Assembly (NCBI RefSeq): GCF_964355755.1
Contig: NC_092670.1
Coordinates: 40,970,388 to 41,034,387, forward strand
DNA: 64,000 bases
Direction of reading: 5' to 3'
Origin: Antedon mediterranea
Lineage: Eukaryota > Animalia > Echinodermata
Notes under the pieces: generated by a model
The model's input: the letters and a program-made list of their open reading frames with translations, nothing else
Databases searched by the model: none
What the model was told of the DNA's origin: nothing
Part shown: one piece after another, positions 27,201-39,200 of the stretch
Layout of the letters: each line of letters opens with the position of its first letter
How positions within the stretch are numbered: position 1 is the first letter of the stretch
Translations under genes and position numbers: made by a program

Positions 27201-30200
27201 ACTTATAGCATTCAGTGGATGCAACATAAACCCTATTATCCACATACTGCAGAGGAAAGAGTTCAGAAAGAAAATTGTTCAGTTTATCAACAAATGTAAC
27301 TTTTCTAGATGTTGCTAAAGATGTCAAATCAAAGAGGGAAACCTATGGCTTCTTCAAAGGTAAAGGTATTTATATTTGTCCTCAAGTTTAACTAAAAACT
27401 GAGGAAATTCGGATTAGGCCCTCCATGGCAGCCAGCAGTGCAGCACCTACCAGATCAGCACACCAGGAGGCGATCTCCTACTCTTTGCGAATAGTGTACC
27501 AAGTTCTTTAACATGCACTATGTACACAGGACCAATAGCTTTCCGTCCCATCTGAAGGACAAGGCAATGAGAGAAAAGCATTTTGCCTAAGGATACATTT
27601 ATTATGATACAGATAGGCTCTATCACATACTATTCTTAAGTAAAACTGGTGACTTTTTGAGTTACTTACGTATTGATAGTGGCAGTCTGATTGAAACAAT
27701 CAACTGTAGAAGTAGATTAACTGGATTCCTCAGCAAAGCTGGTGGACTATCGGATCCATCTGGTGTTCCCTTCAAGAGAAGCTCCCAAAGTTCTTGCAGT
27801 TTTGACCGTAAAGTACTTTGGTATTGGGCACGAATACCGTGTAAAAGCATTCCTATTAAAATATAAACAAGATGATATGAAAAATATTAATTAAGATTAT
27901 TGTAAATGTTCGTCTGGTTTGTAATTAATAATGTGTATAAAAATTATTTATTATTTACCATCTATTTTTGTAATTTGTACCATTGGTTTGATATCAAGAA
28001 TTTTATACATATTAACATTATATTTGAAACAATTTAGGACATTAATTAAATGTCTCTTAAACATTTAAAACATCAATGTTCACTTTATACTTCTTGGGGA
28101 GAAGCTGCTTTAGGTGTCTACCTGCTAGATTCTCCCTTCATTTGCACCCTTATTTTGTCTGCATGTTTCTTCTAAAGTTTAATAAATATAATCTATCTAA
28201 TTTTAATTAATGTTGTTTAACTAATAAATGTTAATGTTTTATCACAATGTTCATGGAATGCAAGTTTCTCAATCCAGCATGTGTTTCATTTAGATGGGTT
28301 CATAACATTTTTTTTAGTGTAAAATGTTTGAAATTGATAATAGTACACAATTACGATAGCTGCTATAAGGCTGAAAGGGTTTAATTGCATGATTGAGGCA
28401 TTAGAACATATTTAGGTCAATTTATAATTAAATAAATTAAGAGAAAACTTGGGAATGATTCAGCGAATGTATGGAATACAGCATGAATACAACATCATAG
28501 GCTGTTGGTGAAACATGAAACTAATGTCACTAAAGCTTGGTTTCCACTAGAACGTAACGCAAGGACGTAAACGCAACGCAAGCGTTTTAACCAATGACAA
28601 GCAAAGTTATAGACAGTTAGCAATCACAAGCGAATAAGCCATCGCTTGTGATTGGTCAATTCACTTGCGTTGCGTTACGTCCTTGTGTTGCGTTGCTAGT
28701 GGAAACCACGCTTAAACAAGGGACACTAAGGGTACAATGACATTAATGTGTATCCGGTTAACATCTATTCAGTTAAATATATAATTTAACTGGGGTTCTT
28801 GCTAGAAGCTGAAGCTTGTCTTACAAGACCCAAATGAGAAATGCTACAACATTATATTTGTGTATTCAGTTAACATCTATTCAGTTAAATATATATAATT
28901 TAACTGCAGGGCTTCATTCTCACTAGAAGGTAAACTTGTCTCACAAGACCCAAATGAGAAGGGGCACAAAAAGGTATAATGATGTTAATTATGTGTATTC
29001 AGTTAACATCTATTCAGTTAAATATATATAATTTAACTTCAGGGCTTCATTCTCACTAGAAGGTAAACTTGTCTCACAAGACCCAAATGAGAAATACTAC
29101 AAATAAAATTAACAGGATGACAAATGATAAACTGACTCTCACACTCACAGAAGTAAATAATAAAAAATGAGAAATACTGATTAAGTATAACAAAATGTAA
29201 TATGGTGTGTATAGATATTTATAATTAAATAGTCTCTGTTTAGGGGGATTACCACCTGATAGTACAGTGATTAATTTACTATTGTTGGTAATCCTAGGCC
29301 AACTATGCCTAAATTTTTTGTTGTAAAAAGTAACTGTATGTGAACATTTTAGGAAGTGGCCATCAGAATCGGTTAAACTACTTTGTACAGACATTCCCTG
29401 TAATAAATACAAACACATTTATCTAGTACATTTACATAGTACATATGGTAAGTAACTAGCGGTGGAAAGATATACAGAAAAGGGCACAATGACATATGTC
29501 AGAAAATGCATACAAAATGTCACATTTTATTTAGCTTTTAATTTTAAAAAGTAATTCAGTGACATTATTTCTTTAGGCAACTAATTTAAAGACAATTTAG
29601 TATGAAGGCTGACAAGAGATGACATTTATAGAGAAAATATTACAAATGACCGCCTTATGACAGTTAAGTATTGTGTATACCATAATTATTTTTTACAGCT
29701 TACTCAACACAAATACAGTATTCCAAATTAAGTCCACTACAAAGCTGACCACCTGAATATTTCACTTAATATTTTTGTGTAAACCATATGTTGTTTTTTT
29801 ACAGTCACTCACTCAATCAAAAATAACCACCACACTTTAAAGCTGGTTTTACAAATTCCAACTTAAGAGTATAGTAAGTATCATGTAAGTAAGTAAGTAA
29901 GTAAGTAAGTATTATAGTAAGTATTATGGAAGTAAGTAAGTAAGTAAGTAAGTATTATAGTAAGTATTATGTAAGTAAGTAAGTATTATAGTAAGTATTA
30001 TGTAAGTAAGTAAGTAAGTAAGTAAGTATTATAGTAAGTATTATGTAAGTAAGTAAGTAAGTAAGTATTATAGTAAGTATTATGTATGTTTTTTGCGGTC
30101 ACTCAACACAAATATATATTAAAAAATAAGCTTGTTTTATAGCTTATATCTACAATAAATTGTGTTGAAATATGAATAATTCAAATCTATAATTTGTTTT

Positions 30201-33200
30201 CCTAATTTGCGCTTTGCTTTATTCGCTCCTTTTGTCGAATTATTTGAAAGCGATAAAGAGTTAGACTAGTGGATGCACTATATGTAACTTCCGCCCAATA
30301 TAATAAAAATAGCCTTACTTATTTAAACTTAATAGAAAAATCATGTTGTTCTCATTACCGTACCCAGGAAAACATTTACAAAAATGGAAAGTATATAAAG
30401 GACAGAGAAGAGTAGAAACAGGAAACTTCAAATAAAGAAATAACTTGCAATTGCCATAAATAGTAAATGACGAGGCGCCACAAGTGGTGAACACCAGTAC
30501 GTCTCCATGATGAGCCTTCTGACTCATCCAGCTCAGTTTGAATCTCATCGGTGGATTCTATTAATCTCACCCTCATGTCATGAAGCAACACAATGTACAG
30601 ATACCATATTACCACTTACCAACACATGAACGTTTGGGTACTGGGCATGGTTGCTTAGAAACAAGACATCCATTCCTATTGATAAGGTCCAGCTCCAAAT
30701 TGGTTCTAAGATAAAAAAAAAAAGAAAACAAAACAAATTTGATAGAATTTATTGTGTGTAATAGACTGTATGATTGATAAAATACTAGGTTGTGTAATTC
30801 GATCAATTTAAAATATAACTAGAGGCAATTGCAGAATTGAAGTACTTGTCAATACAGGCAGTAAATCTATATGAAAATTGTTCTTAAATTGGTATGACTA
30901 GAAGTTCACTTTTTATCAATATTTTTGAATGGCACGTATTTGTATCATGAGTGTTCATATCGTCTACAAGTGACATTCATACAGTACATGTGGCTATCAC
31001 TGGCTGCCAATCTCAGCTGCTTAAACCAAGCAACCTTAAAAAGACCAGTGGCACTTTGCATTTTCTATGACAATCACACACATGACCAATCTGGCTGCCA
31101 ATCTTAGCTGCTTAAACCAAGCACATACAAACTTAAAAAGATCAGTGGCACTTTGCATTTTCTATGAAAATCACACACAAGACCAATCTGGCTGCCAATC
31201 TCAGCTGCTTAAACCAAGCACATACAAACTTAAAAAGACCAGTGGCACTTTGTATTTTCTATGACAATCACACACATGACCAATCTGGCTGCCAATCTCA
31301 GCTGCTTAAACCAAGCACATACAAACTTAAAAAGACCAGTGGCACTTTGCATTTTCTATGACAATCACACACATGACCAATCTGGCTGCCAATCTTAGCT
31401 TCTTAAACCAAGCACATACAAACTTAAAAAGACCAGTGGCACTTTGCATTTTCCCTGACATTAATACACATTGCCTCATATCTGACTGCCAATTTCAGCT
31501 GCTTAAAACAAGCACAAACTTAAAATACCAAGACCAGTGGCACTTAAAAGTGACATTCAGACACTTGACTGCCAAGCAGCTGCTTAAAACAAGCAACTTG
31601 CTTTGATTTTATTTAAAGAAAATTTGCAAATCTGTTCAAAACATATTTATTGTTAAATGTTTTAAACATGATTCACTCATGACTTCAAAATATCATTAAA
31701 AACAGTGATAACATTATCATTAATAAAACTTTGCTGTAAAACTGACCATGTTAACTTTTCACACAATTTCTACAATGTGGATAAAATAATTTAATAATAA
31801 TTTCAAAATGTAATTCTATAACAAACTATTACGATTACAACTAAAATGATTTGCTTAATCCAATTTCCTTAATTTACTTTCATTTTCTCGACCCAAAAAA
31901 ATTTCTTTTTTGAAATAATGCATAATATCTTTAGGAAAAACAATTAACATTTTTAGTTGAAATGTAACCTTTGAATAGAAGTAAATGATGCATGTAAATC
32001 ATAAGGGATACAAGACAACACACACCTTATTACAAATGTTCACATAACACTCACAACACAACACAACACACCCTATTACAAATGTTCACATAACACTCAC
32101 ATTACTGTACATTTAATGTTTAAATATAGTATATGAATATCATTGTCATGCGACTCAGGGTATCGGAAAGTGAACTATGCTAAATGTGTCATCAGTAATA
32201 GAAAGTTACTCCTTGTGTACACTGATACTGATTCATTTCAGTGTGATGAAAAAGCTGTTTAAAAAAATACACAAATAATGAATGTTTATGAGTGCAATGG
32301 GGAAAATATGTTCATTGCAGTTCAATAATACTGTATATTATGTCTATTGAACATCATGTGACCCACAATCCTCCAATCAAATTGCAAGTATCATACTTTC
32401 TATGTATATGTTATTAGTGTTAATGAAGAACAGTAAATTTGTTCAGACTCATAAACATTACTTGTTCCAGGTATATTGTTTACTTTTAATTTGCTGGATA
32501 AATATTATCATCATTATGGAAGAAGGCAATATAATTATAGGTACCTAATGTCACAAAATACCAGGCAAACCCCAATAAAGCTTGAAAGTTAAAAAAACTA
32601 TTACAGAAGTTTGAATGTGTGAAATAGCACATGATTAAAACATGAAGGTTGAAATCACATGCTGAATGAGTAATAGTGTAATTAGTAACAGTAATGAATA
32701 CGGCCTAATAATATCAAAGGAAAACATACATTCCTTGGCTAATACTACAAATCTCTGGTGGATAAAATTTATAAGAAAACCAAAAAAGTGATGAAACATA
32801 AGATTAACCCTTTTTGTGAGTACTTTAAAGTTTAAGAAACAAACACGATTGGTAATAATTGAAATTACTTGAAGGTGGTTTACGAGACGTCAACAGCCGT
32901 GAATTGCAATAATCAAAGCCTTATGGGAATTACACAATTAATTATTACAGATTTAATGATTATTATTATAAATTTTAAAAACAACTGTAAATGTTTAGTT
33001 TTTAAATGATACAGCGTTTTAATAGGCATTTATCAAAACAATTCTGATATGAACATTACTACACTATTAAACTAGTTTGACAAAAAGAGTGTGATGTATC
33101 CAAATATTAATATGGTATTGATATGTCCAAATATGGCAGTGATATGGCATCATGTTTATATATGGGCACATCACATAAAGTTTGATAGTGTAAACAAAGC

Positions 33201-36200
33201 TTTTCTGTAAAAGAAAAAACAATCAACTAAAAAAATGATAACTACCTGACTGTGTTAATCAGAGCGACGCCATTGATACGTTCTAAGAATTCTTTGGGTT
33301 TCAAAATTTGCATCAAGAAATTCCTCACAGAGTCTGGAAGAATCTAGAAAATAAAGAGTAATAATCATTTATATTTTTGTTTTCAGTTCATTTATTTTTA
33401 AAGTCATACAAGCTGTATCAGCATAAAACGACATAGAGTTAGTGGTGTTAGTGAATCAGGTACTCCTATCTACACATAAACAATGGCTATGAGTGAGTGG
33501 CCGAGCGGTTAAGACAGTGGAACCGTAATCACGTAGCCATAACATCGGCAGGGGTTCGAGGCCCACTCACTCCATGGTTCTGGTGGTAGAACGAGTCTTC
33601 TCGGATAAGGACTATAAACCGTAGGTCCAGTGTACACAACTTGCTCGTGTGCACTTTAAAGAACCTAGTACATCTTTCGAGACGAGTAGGGGGTTACCCC
33701 GGTGTATTAGTACATCACAGCCACTGATCACCAACTGGGCCCTCTGGGAGATCAGTCTTTGACTGAAGAGGTTACCCAGTATAAAGATAAAACAAACAAA
33801 AATGAGTGCTCACTGGCTAAACCCAGTGGCCCTGGAGTTTATGGGCCCTGAGCAGTGCCCAGAGGAAAAACAGGCATAAAAAAAAGGCTGAAAAACAGGG
33901 GCCCTGGAGTTTATGGGGCCCCTGAGCAGTGCCAAGAGGAAAAACAGGCATAAAAAAGGGCTAAAAAACAGGGGCCCTGGAGTTTATGGGGCCCCTGAGC
34001 AGCGCCAAGAGGACAAACAGGCATAAAAAAAGGGCTAAACCCAGGGGCCCTGGAGTTTATGGGGCCCCTGAGCAGTGCCAGGAGGAAAAACAGCCATAAA
34101 AAAAAGGCTAAAAACAGGGTTCCTATTAACTATGAATTATTTCACATTTAAATAAAATGAATCAATACTGAGCCAAAAAATACATACACATAAAAAAAAA
34201 AGAATCTAATTTATCTTTGTACAAATTGCGTGATATATATTGGCCAGGAAAGTGTTTAATCTGGTTCCCATGGGTGTTGTACAGTAGAATATTTTTTTTA
34301 AATTTTTATTTTGCAAAACTCTTGGCAGAATTACATTAATTGTCAGAAAGTTTACAAAAAGCCTTGAGACTGTATTGGTAAGACGTGTAGATCCTAAATA
34401 ACCGGAACTTTGTAATATATCACGCAAGCAAGTTTCATCTTGCAAAATGTTTTTAATCGAAAATAAATTTGTTGCTCTGTCCAAATATGGTAGTGATATG
34501 CTCAAATATGGTAGTGCTATGCCCAAATATGGTAGTGATATGACATCATCATGTTCATATATGGGTACATCACATTTTTTGTCACATCAAGTTTGATAGT
34601 GTAGACAGAGATTAAGGTTTAATAATATATCTGCTGGTTCAACCTTACATTCAATTTGAAATCTTTTCGGAAACTGCCCTCAATTTGCTGCCTGATACGA
34701 TGGTCATCCAGCTCCCTGGTGGAATCCACCTGACTGCCATCTGGGTCATCCTGAAGGCTCTGTTTTGAGCATGGTAAGAATGAGTTGGCTAGCTGTCGGC
34801 ACATTGGGCATAGGTACTCTCCTTGCTGAATCAGGTTATGTCTCTAGAAAAATAATAGGAATGATTATATCATCAAAATGAAGAAAATGTAAGTTCTTAA
34901 AATTAGACGTTACCCATTGTGAAAACAATTTCATTAGCTATTATTAAATCACAGAAAGCAATAAAAAATGTTTAAATAACAAACATAATCAACAAAATAT
35001 AATTGTTACAGTTAACCCTGAAAATGTAAAATATAAATACTGTAATAATAATTACAAAATAGTAACAGTAATAAGAACTTCTTCCTAGCTAACTTTTTAT
35101 CATCATAGAATTCATTATGTGTTTAGAATGTCATTAAAATTTATAAATATGTCTTCTAGATTGTAGATTTCCTTGTCAACTTACAAAAATGAAAATGAAA
35201 GTACAATTTAGGTTTCGGAGCAAATTATAATAAGCTGGATAAACAAAAGAAAATATAAAAAGTCTTCAATTAAATCATGTGGATTATTGTACCACATAAA
35301 AATAGTAACTCTCAGTTCGTTATGTGTGTGAATAATAAATAATTTTCAAGCTTATTTTATGTTTTTTTTTATAATAAATCAATCAAATTGAAAAATAGGA
35401 CAATGGATGAGAAAACCCATAAATTCTGATTTTAAACTTTTGTTCAGATTGAAATTAAGCCTACGATAAATGTTATACCTACTGTTAATGTTAGTTAAAT
35501 TTTGGTTCATTGTGTTGAGATGAATTATCTCTGAAAGACCAAATTATCTAAAATATTCAAATCCTCTTCAATTTTATGACTCATCTATTGGACAGTGGTA
35601 GTCCCTAACAACCAGTCCTGTGACCTTCTAAAAATGATGTCTACTAAATATAATTATTTAATCATGTTTGCAAGTATAACTTGGCAATTACTGCAATTTT
35701 AAAATAACTTTAGCCTTCTTAATATAGTTATGGATTAGGGAGTGTCTCAGTTAGTCATGGAGTAAGTGGGAATCATGGAAGTCAATCAATAGCTACAGTA
35801 GTATCACACGTAAAAACCCTAAAGCTTTGTCCACACTATCAAACTTTGTGTAACAAAAAAAATTTGATGTGGCCATATATGGACATGATGATGTCATATC
35901 ACTACAATATTTAAGCATATCACATTACCACATTTGGGCACATCACACATTTTTGTCAAATGTAGTTTGAAAGTGTAGACAGAGCTTTAGAAATTCAACG
36001 AAAATGTGCATACCATTCTTCAGATTTAAACCACCACTAACTCTTTGTTTAAGAAAAAATAAACTTTGGTTCCCACTATGATGCAATGCAAAGACATAAG
36101 AGCAAGACAAGTAATTTGGCAAATCACAAGTGATGGATTAATCAAACTGTAGATTGTCAATTGGTAAATGTGCTTATGTTGCGCTTACGTCCTTGCGTTG

Positions 36201-39200
36201 CATTCTAGGAGATCAAACTTAAGGGGACATTTTCAGATCCCAACAAAGTGTCCCTTTAAAAATTGGTCCTTGCTCTGTTCTTGGAAAAATGTCCCTTTAA
36301 TAGAGTGGGGTTCTATTGTAGAAGCTTTCTATCTTTGCATTCACTCTTGAACAACTGTACATGACCGAGAGTAGTCCCAGTGGGCCTGTGTGAACAACTG
36401 TACATGACCGAGAGTAGTCCCAGTGGGCCTGTGTACAATTATACTCAGCTTGCATAATCAATGGCTTTATCCAAGTAAAGCATTCCTAATACTTATCTAT
36501 TATAATTGCCAAAATGCAAGTTTTTAAAGCATTCCTAATACTTATCTATTATAATTGCCAATTGCATTTGTAATTGAGGGGATGGCAGAGTGCCTGTATT
36601 GTCTGTTTGACAAAGGGGGACATTAAGTTGATTTACTTGAGCATGAGATTATACTCATATATATAGTAATGAGTAAGAAAATAACACTCTAAGCACTGTT
36701 ACTTAAGAATTATATACTTACACTTAGTCTTAGAGATTTAACATAATTTGCATGGCATTGCAGGTGCAGAAAATGACCACATGTTTGAATATGAACATCA
36801 GAAGATGAACATCCCAAAGAAGCTGCAAAGTATGACGACTCCTGAAAACACAAAATGAAATAAAATCACAAATTATTGATTTAAACCAATTAAATAGTTG
36901 AGAGAAAAAAAGTATAACTGAACATAGATAATTGGACTGGAGGATCCAGGATTTTTAAATAAGGAGAGAGAGAGAGAGAGAGAGAGTGGTTGAGTGGTTT
37001 GTTAGTGAAATGAAGCAAGTCCTGAACCTAACATAATGTCCTATATTTAAAATTGTAGCATATGGACACAATTTATTTATTAGCAGAAATTTATCTAGTT
37101 TTTTGATCCAAAAGATCAAAGTGCGCGATAAAAAAATGGGGTTGTAAACTGACATATTTTCTCACGGACAATTTCAACATTTTATGTTGGTTTTATTTAT
37201 CAAAATACCCATATTCAAAAATATGTGAAAATGTAAAACAGCTGCGGATACAATACATTTAAATATGAATGGATTCATAGAGACACTGTCAATTCCAAAT
37301 AACATAGTAAAGGAAATATTTAATAACAGATGTAACATGAATCATGTTGCCTACATTCACTGTACATTAACATATAAGAGTACTATGGATATTATTGACC
37401 ATCCTCTGGAAGTCCTTAGACCTCTTAAATTCTATTATTACTTTGGTAATTCACTTGAGCTTTCAAGTCAAGGAGTCTTAATAGATAGTTCACTAAACCT
37501 CATTCACAAAACAAGATGATCTATAGAAAATTCCAATTTTTCAAATGTTTACAGTATAAAGATAAAGAATGAAAAAAATGTTTTGTCTCTATTTTCTATT
37601 GGTAAACAGATATACTAAAATGATGCAGTTACGTATGTGTACAACATCTTCTATGTAATTCAATGTCTGGTTTGAGTGAAAACCAAATTTGTTTGCATTG
37701 TATAAATTATTAATTTATTGTGACATTTGATTTCTTGCGAGAATCAAAAGAACAAAGTCATCATGATAAAAGTCTGAGGCCCTAAAAAAAAAAGGGTTAT
37801 TATTGTACAACATTTTGAACTATGTTTGTAACAGTAACACTAGACGATATAGAAAGTGTCAGCCCTAAACATAAAATGTCCTCAAATTTATTATAAACAA
37901 CGTGTCAAGGGGAAGCACTGTGAGTACCTGATATCCATCCCACATACAATGAAATGAAAGTATACTGAGAGAGGGCAGTTAAAATTATTGAATAAAATGA
38001 GTAGAAGAATGAAACGTAACAGACATCAGTCAGAAAAGAAAAACACATACAATAAATACTCTGATGAATTTCCAGCAATAAGGCATCAATTAAAACTAAT
38101 TGCTTCATCTAATAGTTGCATTTCAAAATTGAATTTTCAATCATTTCACCTGGCTTTAATAAATATAATTATTTTGGGATATTGATTAATTATGAATGAA
38201 ATCCATAAGATTATTATATACCAGGAAAATAGGAAATTGATTGATATCATTAAAATGAAAATTAAATTAAATCCAATTGCTCTATTTTTCATAATCAGAA
38301 GACATTGCATATTAATATAATAAATGTCCCATGTCTCTGATATTGGCTCTGTGTGTTAACAACATTGTACACTAACATAATGCCCTATGTCTGGGTGGGT
38401 GTGTTGAAAACATTGTACACTAACATAATGCCCTATGTCTGGGTGGGTGTGTTAAAAACATTCAAATAATTTAAGTTTAAAGCAAAAACAGATCAGATTA
38501 AATGACAATACTAACAGCTCCTCGACTTCGTCACGGGTCACTGACCAAACGCCACGATTTCATCATTGGATACCTGGATAGTTCATGAAATGTTGCTGTT
38601 TACTAAACAAGTAAGTCCAGTGGATTAGATTGATATCTTTCTAAAATTAAATAACAATCTTACTTCTTTGAAGAACTGCGTGAGAATAACTTTCTTTTGT
38701 TGGTTGATGACATGACTTGTTTTAGTGGGTTTCCGAATGACATCATTTGAACAGCCTGCTTCATGCTCTAATGCATCACCCACCACTGACCTGTGGTTTA
38801 ACACTGGTTAAAAAAGAACAAAGAGAAATGTAAATATATATATGTAATATATATCACTTTGGCTGTCAAGACTGGTACACTGGGGCAAGCCTCTCTAAAT
38901 GTGTACTGGGTTTTTAAATATGTGCACATTGTGCATACTGTTATAGTCATCATTTGAGAAGACTTGTTCTACAACACGAATAACTGAGTGAATTCTATGC
39001 CAATCATATGGGTATCCTTTATGGCAGTATTGTCTCATCTACTTGGAGATGACATGAAGTTATGGTAAAGAAAAAGAAGGATTACATTTTGATATGTAAT
39101 TGTGATGTAAGACCACTTCACATGGTAGTAGGCCTATTGATATGTAATTGTGATGTAAGACCACTTCACATGGTAGTAGGCCTATTGATATGTAATTGTG

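Noticed and set aside
30376-30615. 79-aa coding-looking ORF right after UBR3 exon 26
   Set aside because: Preceded by an in-frame TAA, read-through of exon 26 stops after GKW, and no acceptor or recognisable domain; exon 26 joins exon 27 in frame without it
31067-31606. Series of near-identical 65-82-aa ORFs
   Set aside because: Products of the 97-bp tandem repeat
33490-33570. Possible tRNA gene
   Set aside because: A/B boxes are present but there is no convincing cloverleaf, and it continues into a SINE body and tail
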